A DNA stretch of 32,000 bases from the NCBI RefSeq assembly GCF_050703695.1, contig NZ_CP077551.1. One strand, written 5' to 3'. This DNA comes from Escherichia coli O111:H2. GTDB lineage: Bacteria; Pseudomonadota; Gammaproteobacteria; Enterobacterales; Enterobacteriaceae. Under the pieces are notes generated by a model. That model was given only the letters and a program-made list of their open reading frames with translations. It did not search any database and was not told where the DNA came from. The translations under genes and the position numbers were made by a program. Of the stretch, positions 1 through 13,131 are shown in pieces (the stretch's first letter is position 1; each line of letters starts with the position of its first letter).

Positions 1-407
1 AAATCCACCTCTTTGGCATACACCACATCGACGCGCTTTTCATTTAATTGCAGGGCACAGAGCTGGCGATTGCGGCGCAACCGTTTATTAAACAGCGGCT
101 GTTGTTCTTTGATTAATCGCGCTTCAAGGAGCAGAGCGCCGATTTCGCCTGCGGTGCAGATCCAGCTAATTCGCCGGGATTGCCGTAGCATGGCGGCTTC
201 ATCCGGGGTGCGTAAATGAGAAAGCACCCGACTGCGGATATTAACGCTTTTGCCGATATAGAGCGGCATGGTGTCACTTTCGCCATGAAACAGATACACC
301 CCTGGTCGGGTGGGTAAGTCATTAAGGAATGAACGTAAATGTTCGGGATATTCATAAATTGCCGCAGCTTCAAATTCGAGCCGCGGAGAAGTTAAACGCC
401 GTACCAC
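1..407 (-). CDS. cho: Excinuclease Cho (UvrC N-terminal homologue), 3' end cut by the window; GTG start
   Basis: Reverse-strand translation from GTG at 407 reads MVRRLTSPRLEFEAAAIYEYPEHLRSFLNDLPTRPGVYLFHGESDTMPLYIGKS..., and the frame stays open to KRVDVVYAKEVDF at the window edge. This matches Cho. The track lists only an out-of-frame ORF here. Confidence 0.93.
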   Translation of the reverse strand, partial: MVRRLTSPRLEFEAAAIYEYPEHLRSFLNDLPTRPGVYLFHGESDTMPLYIGKSVNIRSRVLSHLRTPDEAAMLRQSRRISWICTAGEIGALLLEARLIKEQQPLFNKRLRRNRQLCALQLNEKRVDVVYAKEVD

Positions 408-420
408 TGTTGACTCCGAA

Positions 421-440
421 TGCTGGTTATCTATCCAGTG
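421..440 (-). promoter_or_regulatory. LexA (SOS) box upstream of cho
   Basis: Reverse complement CACTGGATAGATAACCAGCA has the symmetric CTGG-N8-CCAG core just upstream of the cho GTG start; cho is a known SOS gene. Confidence 0.7.
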
Positions 441-504
441 TAACAGGCGGGAAGCGATTAAAAAAGAGGCGGGTCGATGACAAAGGTTACACCGTCTGAC
501 GTGC

Positions 505-595
505 TACGCCTGTCAGGCCTATTCGACTCCTGCAATATATTGAATTTGCATAGTTTTGTAGGTCGAATAAGGCGTTCACGCCGCATCCGGCGTGA
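505..595. repeat. REP/BIME intergenic palindromic repeat
   Basis: Contains gtaggtcgaataaggcgttcacgccgcatccggcg, typical of E. coli REP/BIME elements, between two CDSs. Confidence 0.75.
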
Positions 596-636
596 ACAAA
601 TTACTCTTTTTCGCACAAACCATTATGTGCAAATTA

Positions 637-1464
637 TTACTTTTTCCAGAAATCATCGAAAACGGTAATTGGCGGACGGCGTTTATGTTCGGTTTTCAGA
701 TACCAGTTCTCTATTGTTCTGGCGACCTGTTCAGGTACGTTTTTCCCTTCCAGATAGTCGTCGATATTGTCATAGGTCACGCCGAGTGCCACTTCATCTG
801 GCAGAGAAGGGCGATCATCTTCCAGATCGGCCGTTGGGGCTTTCTTATAAAGGTGTTCCGGGCAACCTAATGCCGTCAGCAACTGTTTACCCTGGCGTTT
901 GTTGAGACGATACAGCGGATTAATATCCGTACCGCCGTCACCATATTTAGTGAAGAATCCGGTAATGGCTTCTGCTGCATGATCGGTGCCCACCACGACA
1001 CCGCTGGTCATACCCGCAATGCTATATTGTGCTTTCATCCGCTCACGCGCTTTTTCATTGCCACGGACAAAATCGCTCAGTTCAATGCCTGCTTCCCGCA
1101 ATGCCTGCTCGCTAGCCAATACCGCGCCCTTGATATTAACGGTTAATACGCGATCCGGTTGAATAAAGGCAATGGCATCCTGGCAATCTTGTTCGTCAGC
1201 CTGAACACCATAGGGCAGGCGTACGGCAATAAATTGCAGTGATTCGTTGCCAGTTTCCTGGCGCAGCTCATTAATCGCCATCTGGCACAGCTTTCCGGCA
1301 AGCGTGGAGTCCTGACCGCCGCTGATCCCGAGCACCAGTGATTTAATGAACGGATAAGTTTGCAGGTAGCTTTTCAGAAAATCGACACTACGACGAATTT
1401 CCTCTTCAGCATTAATCTGCGGTTTTGCGCCCAGCGCCTTTATTATTTGTTGTTGCAATGTCAT
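637..1464 (-). CDS. nadE: NH3-dependent NAD+ synthetase
   Basis: 275 aa ORF with [31 protein letters not shown] and the [14 protein letters not shown]-pyrophosphatase motif. Confidence 0.97.
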   Translation of the reverse strand: MTLQQQIIKALGAKPQINAEEEIRRSVDFLKSYLQTYPFIKSLVLGISGGQDSTLAGKLCQMAINELRQETGNESLQFIAVRLPYGVQADEQDCQDAIAFIQPDRVLTVNIKGAVLASEQALREAGIELSDFVRGNEKARERMKAQYSIAGMTSGVVVGTDHAAEAITGFFTKYGDGGTDINPLYRLNKRQGKQLLTALGCPEHLYKKAPTADLEDDRPSLPDEVALGVTYDNIDDYLEGKNVPEQVARTIENWYLKTEHKRRPPITVFDDFWKK

Positions 1465-1665
1465 TGAACCCCTCCAGACAGAAAAGACAAAACTTCCTTA
1501 AAGCTAACCCGTTGCTACTGAAACGACAAGCGACAGCGGGCTGAATGGTGGTTAAAACGTCATACAGGAATCCTCTGAAAGCGGAGCCGTTTCGTTCACG
1601 GGCTTGAAAAAGCGCCCAATGTATTCCAGGCTTATCTAACACGCTGATAAACAAGAGGACGGAAT

Positions 1666-2004
1666 ATGAACAAGAATATGGCAGGAATTCTGAGTGCAGC
1701 GGCGGTATTAACCATGCTGGCGGGTTGTACGGCTTATGATCGTACCAAAGACCAGTTTGTACAGCCTGTGGTGAAAGACGTCAAAAAAGGCATGAGCCGG
1801 GCGCAGGTTGCACAAATTGCGGGTAAACCTTCGTCTGAAGTGAGCATGATCCATGCTCGCGGTACTTGCCAGACCTACATCCTGGGTCAACGTGATGGTA
1901 AAGCAGAAACCTACTTTGTCGCGTTAGATGATACCGGACATGTCATCAACTCCGGTTATCAGACCTGTGCTGAATACGACACTGATCCACAGGCTGCGAA
2001 GTAA
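1666..2004 (+). CDS. osmE: Osmotically inducible lipoprotein OsmE
   Basis: 112 aa ORF with lipobox LAGC and a SmpA/OmlA-like domain; gene order after nadE. Confidence 0.95.
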
Positions 2005-2035
2005 TCAATTCGTCTGAAAGCTTGAGTAACAACGG

Positions 2036-2062
2036 AAACCGGCCATTGCGCCGGTTTTTTTT
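2036..2062 (+). terminator. Rho-independent terminator after osmE
   Basis: aaaccggccattgcgccggttttttttt: GC-rich stem-loop followed by a T run. Confidence 0.85.
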
Positions 2063-2302
2063 GGCCTGAGTTCTTAATTATCTTCGCGAATTATTTGCCC
2101 GAAATGTGAAGAGGGTCATAACCACAGGTCAAGGAGAAACAATTTATAAGGTCAAAGAAATACTATTGCTCAGGTCTATACCGTATACTCCTTTCAGCCA
2201 CAAAAAAAGTCATGTTGGTTTCGCAAGTTACCCAGAGCATGGAAGCAGGTTAAGGCTTGCGGAGTGTCTGGCTGACAGATAATCGTCGATGAGGGCAGTT
2301 TT

Positions 2303-2623
2303 ATGGAAAAGAAACACATTTATCTGTTTTGTTCTGCGGGCATGTCTACCTCTTTACTGGTATCAAAAATGCGCGCACAGGCAGAAAAATATGAAGTTCC
2401 GGTCATTATTGAAGCATTTCCGGAAACACTGGCTGGTGAAAAAGGTCAGAATGCCGATGTCGTGTTATTAGGGCCGCAGATTGCTTATATGTTGCCCGAA
2501 ATCCAGCGTTTGTTACCCAACAAACCGGTTGAAGTAATTGACTCGCTGCTTTATGGCAAAGTCGATGGTTTAGGCGTGCTTAAGGCTGCGGTTGCAGCGA
2601 TTAAAAAAGCCGCAGCAAATTAA
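2303..2623 (+). CDS. chbB: PTS diacetylchitobiose/cellobiose IIB component
   Basis: 106 aa ORF with [31 protein letters not shown], including the IIB cysteine. Confidence 0.97.
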   Translation: MEKKHIYLFCSAGMSTSLLVSKMRAQAEKYEVPVIIEAFPETLAGEKGQNADVVLLGPQIAYMLPEIQRLLPNKPVEVIDSLLYGKVDGLGVLKAAVAAIKKAAAN

Positions 2624-2707
2624 TTTATTTTAAATTTTCCCGTCAAAGAGTTATTTCATAAATCAATACCGCAATATTTAAATTGCGGTTTTTAAGGGTA
2701 TTTTTCT

Positions 2708-4066
2708 ATGAGTAATGTTATTGCATCGCTTGAAAAGGTACTCCTCCCTTTTGCAGTTAAAATAGGAAAGCAGCCACACGTTAATGCAATCAAAAATGGC
2801 TTTATTCGCTTAATGCCGTTAACCCTTGCGGGGGCCATGTTTGTATTAATTAACAACGTTTTTCTAAGCTTTGGGGAGGGGTCGTTTTTTTATTCCTTAG
2901 GTATTCGCCTCGACGCCTCAACCATTGAAACACTTAATGGCCTGAAAGGTATTGGCGGCAACGTATATAACGGAACATTAGGGATAATGTCTTTAATGGC
3001 ACCGTTCTTTATTGGCATGGCGCTGGCAGAAGAGCGTAAAGTCGATGCGCTGGCGGCGGGGTTGTTATCCGTTGCAGCATTTATGACCGTCACCCCATAT
3101 AGTGTCGGTGAGGCCTATGCGGTTGGCGCAAACTGGTTAGGTGGGGCGAATATCATCTCCGGGATTATTATTGGCCTGGTGGTGGCAGAAATGTTTACCT
3201 TTATTGTCCGCCGCAATTGGGTCATTAAACTGCCCGACAGCGTACCTGCTTCAGTATCGCGTTCCTTCTCGGCATTAATTCCCGGCTTTATTATTCTTTC
3301 CGTGATGGGGATTATTGCCTGGGCGTTGAATACCTGGGGCACCAACTTCCATCAGATCATTATGGATACCATCTCAACCCCACTGGCATCGTTGGGTAGC
3401 GTGGTGGGCTGGGCCTATGTGATCTTTGTTCCACTGCTCTGGTTCTTCGGTATTCATGGCGCGCTGGCGCTGACCGCACTGGACAACGGCATTATGACGC
3501 CGTGGGCGCTGGAAAATATCGCGACCTATCAGCAATATGGTTCCGTCGAAGCGGCGCTGGCAGCCGGTAAGACCTTCCATATCTGGGCCAAGCCGGTGCT
3601 GGACTCCTTTATTTTCCTTGGGGGCAGTGGTGCGACTTTAGGCCTGATCCTGGCTATCTTTATCGCCTCTCGCCGTGCTGATTATCGTCAGGTGGCAAAA
3701 CTGGCGCTGCCGTCCGGCATCTTCCAGATTAACGAACCGATTCTGTTTGGTCTGCCAATTATCATGAACCCGGTGATGTTTATCCCGTTTGTACTGGTAC
3801 AACCGATTCTGGCAGCAATCACCCTCGCAGCGTACTACATGGGCATCATTCCTCCGGTGACCAATATTGCACCGTGGACCATGCCAACCGGTCTGGGAGC
3901 CTTCTTTAACACCAACGGTAGCGTCGCCGCATTGCTGGTCGCACTCTTCAACCTTGGCATCGCAACCTTAATTTATCTGCCCTTTGTTGTGGTGGCTAAC
4001 AAAGCACAAAATGCGATTGATAAAGAAGAGAGCGAAGAAGATATCGCTAACGCCCTGAAATTTTAA
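2708..4066 (+). CDS. chbC: PTS diacetylchitobiose IIC component
   Basis: 452 aa hydrophobic ORF starting [32 protein letters not shown]. Confidence 0.97.
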   Translation: MSNVIASLEKVLLPFAVKIGKQPHVNAIKNGFIRLMPLTLAGAMFVLINNVFLSFGEGSFFYSLGIRLDASTIETLNGLKGIGGNVYNGTLGIMSLMAPFFIGMALAEERKVDALAAGLLSVAAFMTVTPYSVGEAYAVGANWLGGANIISGIIIGLVVAEMFTFIVRRNWVIKLPDSVPASVSRSFSALIPGFIILSVMGIIAWALNTWGTNFHQIIMDTISTPLASLGSVVGWAYVIFVPLLWFFGIHGALALTALDNGIMTPWALENIATYQQYGSVEAALAAGKTFHIWAKPVLDSFIFLGGSGATLGLILAIFIASRRADYRQVAKLALPSGIFQINEPILFGLPIIMNPVMFIPFVLVQPILAAITLAAYYMGIIPPVTNIAPWTMPTGLGAFFNTNGSVAALLVALFNLGIATLIYLPFVVVANKAQNAIDKEESEEDIANALKF

Positions 4067-4116
4067 TCGATGCCGGTACGGGTAATCTTGCCGGTAAGAA
4101 GAGAGAGGAACGATGT

Positions 4117-4467
4117 ATGATGGATCTCGATAATATTCCTGATACGCAAACAGAAGCTGAAGAGCTGGAAGAAGTGGTGATGGGGCTTATCATCAACTCC
4201 GGACAAGCGCGCAGCCTGGCGTATGCGGCACTGAAACAGGCGAAGCAGGGCGATTTTGCTGCAGCAAAAGCCATGATGGATCAGTCACGGATGGCATTGA
4301 ATGAAGCGCATCTGGTACAGACGAAACTGATTGAAGGCGATGCGGGCGAAGGTAAGATGAAAGTGAGTCTGGTGCTGGTCCACGCTCAGGATCATTTAAT
4401 GACGTCCATGCTTGCGCGTGAACTGATTACTGAATTAATTGAGCTTCATGAAAAACTGAAGGCATAA
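4117..4467 (+). CDS. chbA: PTS diacetylchitobiose IIA component
   Basis: 116 aa ORF, lactose/cellobiose IIA family, in operon order. Confidence 0.97.
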   Translation: MMDLDNIPDTQTEAEELEEVVMGLIINSGQARSLAYAALKQAKQGDFAAAKAMMDQSRMALNEAHLVQTKLIEGDAGEGKMKVSLVLVHAQDHLMTSMLARELITELIELHEKLKA

Positions 4468-4474
4468 GGAGTCG

Positions 4475-5317
4475 ATGATGCAGCCAGTGATTAACGCGCC
4501 GGAAATTGCCACTGCCCGAGAACAGCAGTTGTTTAATGGCAAAAACTTCCATGTGTTTATCTATAACAAAACTGAGAGTATCAGCGGGCTGCATCAGCAC
4601 GACTATTATGAATTTACTCTGGTATTAACCGGGCGTTATTTCCAGGAGATTAACGGTAAGCGCGTGTTACTGGAACGGGGCGATTTTGTTTTTATTCCGT
4701 TAGGTTCGCACCATCAAAGTTTTTATGAGTTTGGTGCCACGCGTATATTGAACGTTGGGATCAGTAAACGCTTTTTTGAGCAGCATTACCTGCCGTTGTT
4801 GCCTTATTGCTTTGTCGCTTCGCAGGTATACCGGACCAATAACGCTTTTCTCACCTATGTGGAAACAGTGATTTCTTCATTGAATTTCCGCGAAACAGGG
4901 CTGGAAGAGTTTGTTGAGATGGTTACTTTTTATGTCATTAACCGTTTACGTCATTACCGCGAAGAACAGGTGATTGATGATGTACCGCAGTGGCTGAAAA
5001 GTACGGTAGAAAAGATGCATGATAAAGAGCAGTTTAGTGAATCGGCGCTGGAGAATATGGTGACGTTGTCAGCCAAATCACAGGAATATTTGACGCGAGC
5101 GACTCAACGATATTATGGCAAAACACCAATGCAGATTATTAATGAGATCCGTATTAATTTTGCCAAAAAACAACTGGAAATGACCAACTATTCCGTGACG
5201 GATATTGCGTTTGAGGCCGGTTATAGTAGCCCGAGTTTGTTTATTAAAACGTTTAAGAAATTAACATCCTTTACGCCTAAGAGCTATCGTAAGAAATTGA
5301 CTGAATTTAATCAGTAA
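4475..5317 (+). CDS. chbR: AraC-family dual regulator of the chb operon
   Basis: 280 aa ORF with an N-terminal cupin and C-terminal AraC-type HTH ([27 protein letters not shown]). Confidence 0.96.
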   Translation: MMQPVINAPEIATAREQQLFNGKNFHVFIYNKTESISGLHQHDYYEFTLVLTGRYFQEINGKRVLLERGDFVFIPLGSHHQSFYEFGATRILNVGISKRFFEQHYLPLLPYCFVASQVYRTNNAFLTYVETVISSLNFRETGLEEFVEMVTFYVINRLRHYREEQVIDDVPQWLKSTVEKMHDKEQFSESALENMVTLSAKSQEYLTRATQRYYGKTPMQIINEIRINFAKKQLEMTNYSVTDIAFEAGYSSPSLFIKTFKKLTSFTPKSYRKKLTEFNQ

Positions 5318-5421
5318 GTCGTTATACCTGACAATTCACATATCTGTCCTGTTGCTGGATTATTTATGTCCGGGGGGGCAGATATGCCAGATATCAGTAT
5401 TCTGTACTGAAGGGAGAAATT

Positions 5422-6774
5422 ATGAGCCAGAAATTAAAAGTCGTCACTATTGGTGGCGGGAGCAGCTATACCCCGGAGTTACTGGAAGGATTTATTAAGC
5501 GTTATCACGAATTGCCGGTCAGCGAATTATGGCTGGTGGATGTCGAAGATGGTAAAGAGAAACTGGATATCATTTTTGAACTCTGCCAACGGATGATTGA
5601 TAACGCTGGCGTCCCGATGAAGCTTTATAAAACGCTGGATCGCCGCGAAGCATTGAAAGATGCTGATTTCGTTACTACCCAACTGCGCGTAGGCCAATTA
5701 CCGGCGCGCGAACTGGATGAACGTATTCCATTAAGTCATGGTTATCTTGGTCAGGAAACCAACGGCGCGGGCGGTCTGTTTAAAGGTCTGCGTACCATTC
5801 CGGTGATTTTTGACATCGTAAAAGATGTCGAAGAACTTTGTCCGAATGCATGGGTGATTAACTTCACTAACCCGGCGGGAATGGTCACTGAAGCCGTTTA
5901 TCGTCATACCGGATTTAAACGCTTTATCGGCGTGTGTAATATTCCGATCGGCATGAAGATGTTTATTCGCGATGTTCTGATGCTGAAAGACAGCGATGAT
6001 TTATCTATCGATCTGTTCGGCCTCAACCATATGGTGTTCATTAAGGATGTGCTGGTAAATGGCAAGTCGCGCTTTGCCGAATTGCTTGATGGTGTGGCGT
6101 CAGGGCAGTTAAAAGCGTCCTCTGTAAAAAATATTTTCGATCTGCCATTTAGTGAGGGCTTAATTCGTTCGTTAAATCTGCTGCCATGTTCTTATCTGCT
6201 GTATTACTTCAAGCAGAAAGAGATGCTGGCTATTGAAATGGGCGAATACTACAAAGGCGGCGCACGAGCACAGGTAGTACAGAAAGTCGAGAAACAACTT
6301 TTTGAGCTGTATAAAAATCCGGAGTTGAAAGTTAAGCCGAAAGAACTGGAACAGCGCGGTGGGGCTTATTACTCTGATGCAGCGTGCGAAGTGATCAACG
6401 CTATCTACAACGACAAGCAAGCTGAACATTACGTTAATATCCCGCATCATGGGCATATTGATAATATTCCGGCAGACTGGGCGGTAGAAATGACCTGTAA
6501 GCTGGGGCGCGATGGCGCGACGCCACATCCGCGCATTACGCATTTCGATGATAAAGTGATGGGGCTGATTCACACCATTAAAGGCTTCGAGATTGCTGCC
6601 AGCAACGCCGCACTTAGCGGAGAATTTAACGATGTGTTACTGGCGCTAAACCTTAGTCCGTTGGTGCATTCCGATCGCGATGCTGAGCTGCTGGCACGCG
6701 AGATGATTCTGGCGCACGAGAAATGGCTGCCAAATTTTGCCGACTGCATCGCAGAGCTTAAAAAAGCACATTAA
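5422..6774 (+). CDS. chbF: 6-phospho-beta-glucosidase / diacetylchitobiose-6-phosphate hydrolase (GH4)
   Basis: 450 aa ORF with the N-terminal VVTIGGGSSYTPEL NAD-binding motif of GH4 enzymes. Confidence 0.97.
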   Translation: MSQKLKVVTIGGGSSYTPELLEGFIKRYHELPVSELWLVDVEDGKEKLDIIFELCQRMIDNAGVPMKLYKTLDRREALKDADFVTTQLRVGQLPARELDERIPLSHGYLGQETNGAGGLFKGLRTIPVIFDIVKDVEELCPNAWVINFTNPAGMVTEAVYRHTGFKRFIGVCNIPIGMKMFIRDVLMLKDSDDLSIDLFGLNHMVFIKDVLVNGKSRFAELLDGVASGQLKASSVKNIFDLPFSEGLIRSLNLLPCSYLLYYFKQKEMLAIEMGEYYKGGARAQVVQKVEKQLFELYKNPELKVKPKELEQRGGAYYSDAACEVINAIYNDKQAEHYVNIPHHGHIDNIPADWAVEMTCKLGRDGATPHPRITHFDDKVMGLIHTIKGFEIAASNAALSGEFNDVLLALNLSPLVHSDRDAELLAREMILAHEKWLPNFADCIAELKKAH

Positions 6775-7545
<771 letters not shown>

Positions 7546-7639
7546 GTGAGGATGTTTGCCAGATGCGGCGTGAACCTTGCATCCGGCGATTAATTCCTAC
7601 AAAGGCGGCGTAACTGCGCCGCTTGAGACTGCTGACAAA

Positions 7640-7755
7640 CGCAAAACTGCCTGATGCGCTTCGCTTATCAGGATCTACCAATAAACTGCAATACATTGAA
7701 TTTATACGACTTTGTAGGCCGGATAAGGCGTTCACGCCGCATCCGGCATAAACAA
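7640..7755. repeat. REP/BIME intergenic palindromic repeat
   Basis: gcctgatgcgcttcgcttatcagg followed by tttgtaggccggataaggcgttcacgccgcatccggc; shares both the REP core and flanking sequence with the copy at 505..595. Confidence 0.85.
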
Positions 7756-7776
7756 AGCGCACTATGTAAATCATTT

Positions 7777-7800
7777 GAGGCGGCGCAATTGCGCCGCCTC
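7777..7800 (-). terminator. katE transcript 3' hairpin
   Basis: Perfect 24-bp palindrome gaggcggcgcaattgcgccgcctc just downstream of the katE stop. The following T run is weak. Confidence 0.6.
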
Positions 7801-7803
7801 CCA

Positions 7804-10065
7804 TCAGGCAGGAATTTTGTCAATCTTAGGAATGCGTGACCACACGCGGTGTGCTGCCATCAGCGTTAGCAGTTCATCCATAAAACTACCGTCAGCGCTG
7901 TCAGCTTCCACAATCCCTTCTTCACCCTGGTCAGCGACCTTGATTGTTGCTTTAAACTTGCGCGCGTCTCCCGCCAGCGCAATCGGTTTAAGGTGTTTGT
8001 AGGCTTCCATCAGGTAGTAGTTGGCATCGCCGTTGTCAGCGATATCCGCGATATTGCCGCAAGGGACAATGACCGCATCGACCGTCAGCGAAGGTGCACC
8101 GGCAAAGGTAGCGGCTATAGGCAACACCGTACCGTCATCCGCAGTCACTTCACCCATTCGGGAGTAGAGCAGTTTGGCATGAACGCCTTTGGCCTTCAGG
8201 GCCTTGAGAATGGCCAGAAGGTCTGCCGATCTCACTTCATCATTAAGTAAAATCGCTACCACGCGACCTTTCACATCACCGTCAGGAATGGCGTACAAAC
8301 TTAAGGATGGATCCTTTTTCAGACCGTTGACGTCCGGAGGTGGGGTGATATTCAGCTGGTCGTCAGTCAGTTCGATACCGAGATTTTTCGCCACCGCCTG
8401 GGCCAGAGTGAGATCAATATGCGCCAGCTGGTCAACAACGCGCTCACGAATATACGGACGAACGACTTTGCTTAACTCAAAACTGAAACCATCGACAATA
8501 TGGCGCTGCTCGAATGGCGTCTGACTTAGCCAGAACAGACGCGGATGGGAATAATATTCGCCAAACGATGGACTGCGCTCACGAACTTTATTTCCTTCCA
8601 CGCGTTCCTGATATGATTCAAAACCGCCGCGTTTCGGTCCCGGCGGTGTTTCACGCGGCCAGTTATCGTTGATCGAGTTCGGTTCGTAATTCGCCGGGTT
8701 AGTGTCGATCCCCATACGATGCATGCCATCACGCTGGAAGTTGTGGTAAGGGCAGGTCGGACGGTTAATCGGAATCTCATGGAAATTCGGCCCACCAAGA
8801 CGACTGATTTGTGTATCGGTATAGGAGAACAAACGTCCCTGCAACAGCGGATCGTTGGTGAAGTCCAGACCAGGAACAATATGACCTGGATGGAATGCTG
8901 CTTGTTCGTTTTCGGCAAAGAAGTTATCCGGATTGCGATTGAGCACCATTTTGCCGACACGCTGAACGGGCACCAGTTCTTCCGGGATCAGTTTGGTTGG
9001 ATCGAGAAGATCGAAGTCGAACTTGAATTCATCTTCTTCAGGAATCAACTGGAAGCCCAGTTCGTATTCCGGAAAATCGCCTGCTTCAATGGCTTCCCAC
9101 AACTCGCGGCGGTGGAAGTCCGGGTCACGTCCGGTGAGTTTTTGTGCTTCATCCCAAACGAGTGAGGCTTTACCTGCCAGTGGTTTCCAGTGGAAACGTA
9201 CAAACGTTGCCTTCCCTTCGGCATTAATCAGGCGGAAGGTGTGAATACCGAAGCCTTCCATGGTGCGGTAACTGCGGGGGATGCCGCGATCCGACATCGC
9301 CCACATCACGTTGTGCAGAGTTTCAGGTTGCAGAGAAACATAATCCCAGAAAGTATCGTGGGCACTTTGCCCTTGTGGAATTGCCCAGTGCGGTTCTGGT
9401 TTTACCGCATGAACAAAATCGGGGAATTTATGCGCATCCTGGATAAAGAAGATTGGCGTGTTATTGCCAACGAGGTCAAAAATACCCTCTTCAGTATAGA
9501 ACTTGGTGGCAAAACCACGGATATCACGCACGGTATCGGCAGAGCCAGCGCCACCCTGAACGGTAGAGAACCTAACAAATACTGGGGTGATTTTGTTCGG
9601 ATCTGAGAGGAAATCCGCTTTGGTGATATCGCTTAAGCTTTTATATGGCTGGAAATAACCGTGAGCTGCTGATCCGCGTGCATGAACAATACGTTCCGGG
9701 ATGCGCTCATGGTCAAAGTGGGTGATTTTCTCGCGCAGAATAAAATCTTCCAGCAGCGTTGGACCACGGTTACCGGCACGCAGTGAGTTTTGATCATCGG
9801 CGATGCGCACGCCCTGATTAGTGGTCAGCGCATAATTTTCACTGCCTTTGCGTACGTCTTCCAGAGAATTAAGTTTTTCGTTACGTGTATCAGGGGCTTT
9901 CAGGCTCCCAGGGGCGGTAGGTTGTGCACCTGGCGGTGTTGGTTCAGCCGCTGGACGATGAGATCCGTCCTCAGGTGCCAGTGAGTCCATCCCCGGTTTC
10001 GCTTCGCTGGAATCGTGTAGTGGTGACTGGTGCTGATGTGGGTTCTTTTCGTTATGTTGCGACAT
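7804..10065 (-). CDS. katE: Catalase HPII
   Basis: 753 aa ORF starting [29 protein letters not shown]; large-subunit catalase with C-terminal domain. Confidence 0.98.
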   Translation of the reverse strand: MSQHNEKNPHQHQSPLHDSSEAKPGMDSLAPEDGSHRPAAEPTPPGAQPTAPGSLKAPDTRNEKLNSLEDVRKGSENYALTTNQGVRIADDQNSLRAGNRGPTLLEDFILREKITHFDHERIPERIVHARGSAAHGYFQPYKSLSDITKADFLSDPNKITPVFVRFSTVQGGAGSADTVRDIRGFATKFYTEEGIFDLVGNNTPIFFIQDAHKFPDFVHAVKPEPHWAIPQGQSAHDTFWDYVSLQPETLHNVMWAMSDRGIPRSYRTMEGFGIHTFRLINAEGKATFVRFHWKPLAGKASLVWDEAQKLTGRDPDFHRRELWEAIEAGDFPEYELGFQLIPEEDEFKFDFDLLDPTKLIPEELVPVQRVGKMVLNRNPDNFFAENEQAAFHPGHIVPGLDFTNDPLLQGRLFSYTDTQISRLGGPNFHEIPINRPTCPYHNFQRDGMHRMGIDTNPANYEPNSINDNWPRETPPGPKRGGFESYQERVEGNKVRERSPSFGEYYSHPRLFWLSQTPFEQRHIVDGFSFELSKVVRPYIRERVVDQLAHIDLTLAQAVAKNLGIELTDDQLNITPPPDVNGLKKDPSLSLYAIPDGDVKGRVVAILLNDEVRSADLLAILKALKAKGVHAKLLYSRMGEVTADDGTVLPIAATFAGAPSLTVDAVIVPCGNIADIADNGDANYYLMEAYKHLKPIALAGDARKFKATIKVADQGEEGIVEADSADGSFMDELLTLMAAHRVWSRIPKIDKIPA

Positions 10066-10268
10066 TGAACTCGTCTCCTTAATTTATTACTGAAAGGGCC
10101 GCTGTTTTGGTCAAAAAACCCTCTAACTATAGACCATCAGCCAGATCCCGCTTCGGAGACTATTCTGGAAACGGTGTTATGAAATACACGCAAAGTGGGA
10201 CGTACAGGGGCTAAATCGGCTAAACTACAGTTTTTCTGATTTTTAATATGCGTTTAGTGAAGCCAGTA

Positions 10269-10511
10269 ATGAAGAAACCGCTCCGCCAGCAAAACCGCCA
10301 GATTATTAGCTATGTCCCACGCACGGAACCCGCGCCGCCAGAACATGCGATAAAGATGGATTCGTTTCGTGATGTCTGGATGCTGCGTGGCAAATATGTT
10401 GCGTTTGTACTGATGGGAGAGTCATTTCTGCGCTCACCGGCGTTTACTGTGCCTGAATCCGCCCAGCGTTGGGCAAATCAGATCCGCCAGGAAGGGGAAG
10501 TGACTGAGTAA
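10269..10511 (+). CDS. cedA: Cell division modulator CedA
   Basis: The 87 aa track ORF contains the 80 aa CedA sequence from the internal ATG (MKKPLRQQNRQIISYVPRTEP...). Confidence 0.92.
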   Translation: MKKPLRQQNRQIISYVPRTEPAPPEHAIKMDSFRDVWMLRGKYVAFVLMGESFLRSPAFTVPESAQRWANQIRQEGEVTE

Positions 10512-10799
10512 AGATTACGTACCTCCCGGTTTTGCCGGGAGTTACATGACCTGAAATTCTGTATTTCATTGCTACATTCATTCAAACCACCAGTAACAAA
10601 AAGCTGCCTTTGACGATCTATTGCTATAAATAAGTGATCTTTTTTCTTTAATTGTTTATTTATTTTAAAATGGTTAAGTTTTGCTAATCATGATGAGCTA
10701 TTTTTGATAGTTCATCCTGTGGCGTCGCGCTTAAACTTATATTGTAAATGACTTAGATTTAAATGAGATAATAATTTTGTTAACAATATGAGGTGGGAG

Positions 10800-11604
10800 A
10801 TGTTTTCTACAAACTTAATACAGAGTAATTATGGTGATTTAAATATTAAAACTCTGGCTTTTGACTCTTTTAAAGAAAGGCTTGAGTCTACCATGGCGGC
10901 ACTCACTTTCTTTATATCAACGGGTCAATGTGACTGCGATGAAATAGCAGAATCAAACTTCAATCGTATGATTGCCTATATGTCTAACATTAACTATGAT
11001 GCCTCAAAGCCAGGAGCGCCAGCACTTAGTTTTGATACATATCTGCAGGACAATGTTAAATATAGAGTAATAATTAATAATCTTTATGGCAGTGAGTTTC
11101 GGATAAGAGATATTAATGAGAATTTTGTTGGGATGGATTTTACCTGTGAATTCTGACCCGAAAAAATGACGAATTTGATCAATATAAAAAATAGGTTAGT
11201 TATTCATTATTTAAGGACTATATACTATGAAAAAAATTATATACATCCTGCCGGGAGCATTTTTGCTGCGATTCAAAAAAAATGAGAGTCTCCTAAAGTT
11301 TCCTTCGATAATATCAATGCTTAATATCAATCTTCTTTTTAATCCACTAAATCTTCCGGGAATGGGAAGTGGTGTGCTTGAAGATATTATGAGTATTCCA
11401 GATAGTTCACTTAGAAAACGTCTCGGGTATGAGGTTTTAAGCTTCTCACTACAGGCACATTCATTGAGCCAGGAATGTATTGATAAGTTGGACATTTTTT
11501 TCGCTGACGATCTGTTTAAATATGAGTCAGTATGCATCGCCGCGATGGAACATTTAAAAAGTAAAGCAACGGCCCCTATACAAAACGGACCGTTGCCAGC
11601 ATAA
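10800..11604 (+). pseudogene. ydjO: Probable ydjO remnant: in-frame TGA plus an apparent frameshift in a poly-A run splits the gene into two ORFs
   Basis: ORF 10788..11156 (122 aa) ends at TGA 11154..11156, but the same frame continues as ...YYEKNYIHPAGSIFAAIQKK up to the A-run near 11275. The reading then continues in the other frame as KNESLLKFPSIISML... to 11604. Removing one base over 10800..11604 gives 804 nt (267 codons plus stop), which agrees with the recalled YdjO length. Confidence 0.6.
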
Positions 11605-11607
11605 GAA

Positions 11608-12999
11608 TTAACGGTGTGCCAGTTCGGCGTCGTCTTCGCTATCCAGAATGGCTTTATCGGTTTGCTTCAGCCACTGGCTGGTCAGCGTGCCAGCTGTCAT
11701 CGAGCCACTAACGTTTAGCGCCGTACGGCCCATGTCGATAAGCGGTTCAACGGAGATTAACAGCGCCACCAGGGTTACTGGCAGGCCCATCGCAGGCAGC
11801 ACAATCAGTGCGGCGAAAGTTGCACCACCACCGACACCGGCAACGCCTGCGGAACTAACGGTAACAATACCGACCAGCGTCGCAATCCACATCGGGTCCA
11901 GCGGGTTAATGCCAACCGTAGGCGCAACCATCACCGCCAGCATTGCCGGATACAAACCGGCGCAGCCGTTCTGACCAATGGTTGCACCGAAAGAGGCGGC
12001 GAAACTGGCGATGGATTCAGGAACGCCCAGACGACGCGTTTGTGCTTCCACATTCAGTGGGATAGACGCAGCACTGGAACGGCTGGTAAAGGCAAACGTC
12101 AGCACAGGCCATACCTTACGGAAGTACTTCAGCGGACTCACGCCATTAATGCCCAGCAGAATGCCATGCACTGCAAACATAATCAGCAGACCGAGGTAGG
12201 ACGCGACAACGAAACTTCCCAGTTTGATGATGTCTTGCAGGTTAGAACCTGCAACCACTTTGGTCATTAGTGCCAGAACGCCGTAAGGGGTCAACTGCAT
12301 GACCAGGCGAACCAGTTTCATCACCCAGCTTTGCAGGGTATCGATAGCGGTTAAGACGCGTTCACCTTTCGGCGCATCATCCTTCAGCAGTTTCAGCGCA
12401 GCTACACCGAGGAATGCGGCAAAAATTACCACGCTGATAATTGACGTCGGATTGGCTCCGGTCAGATCGGCAAACGGGTTTTTCGGGATAAAGGACAAGA
12501 CCAGCTGCGGAACGCTCAGGTCAGAGACTTTACCAACATAGTTACTTTCGATGGCGTTCAGACGTGCAGTTTCTGCACCACCCTGAACCAGACCTTCAGC
12601 CGTCAAACCAAACAGGTTGGTGACCAGCACACCGACCAGCGCCGCAATCAGTGTGGTAAACAAAAGCGTACCGATGGTCAGAAAACTGATTTTGCCTAAC
12701 TGAGATGCGTTATGCAGACGGGCAACCGCGCTCAGAATAGAGGCGAAGACTAACGGCATAACGATCATTTGCAGCAGTTGAACATAGCCGTTACCAACGA
12801 TGTTAAACCACTGTACAGAATCTTTAAGTACCTGGCTGTCAGAACCATAAATGGTATGCAGGGCAAGGCCAAAAACCACACCCATCACCAGACCCACCAG
12901 CACTTTTTTCGCCAGACTCCACTGTTTGTGGCGGGTCTGAGCCAGCGCAAACAGCAGTACAACGAACACCACGATGTTCGCAATTAATGGAAAGTTCAT
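11608..12999 (-). CDS. tcyP: L-cystine:cation symporter (DAACS family)
   Basis: 463 aa membrane protein [33 protein letters not shown]... matching YdjN/TcyP. Confidence 0.96.
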   Translation of the reverse strand: MNFPLIANIVVFVVLLFALAQTRHKQWSLAKKVLVGLVMGVVFGLALHTIYGSDSQVLKDSVQWFNIVGNGYVQLLQMIVMPLVFASILSAVARLHNASQLGKISFLTIGTLLFTTLIAALVGVLVTNLFGLTAEGLVQGGAETARLNAIESNYVGKVSDLSVPQLVLSFIPKNPFADLTGANPTSIISVVIFAAFLGVAALKLLKDDAPKGERVLTAIDTLQSWVMKLVRLVMQLTPYGVLALMTKVVAGSNLQDIIKLGSFVVASYLGLLIMFAVHGILLGINGVSPLKYFRKVWPVLTFAFTSRSSAASIPLNVEAQTRRLGVPESIASFAASFGATIGQNGCAGLYPAMLAVMVAPTVGINPLDPMWIATLVGIVTVSSAGVAGVGGGATFAALIVLPAMGLPVTLVALLISVEPLIDMGRTALNVSGSMTAGTLTSQWLKQTDKAILDSEDDAELAHR

Positions 13000-13131
13000 C
13001 CCCGTTCTCCTGATCTTATTATTTCTATCACTGCGTAGCAGTCATAGTGTTGGCGCAAGATTAACAGAACTGTGAGCTGGCTCTTATATTCAAATGGAAT
13101 TGCTTATTCCAGAAAGGTGATTTTTGCCTTT

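Noticed and set aside
113-373. 86-aa minus-strand ORF at the window start
   Set aside because: Out-of-frame within the true Cho coding frame, which starts at the GTG at 407.
11211-11537. 108-aa minus-strand ORF over ydjO
   Set aside because: Antisense to the ydjO remnant in AT-rich DNA, where chance ORFs are expected.
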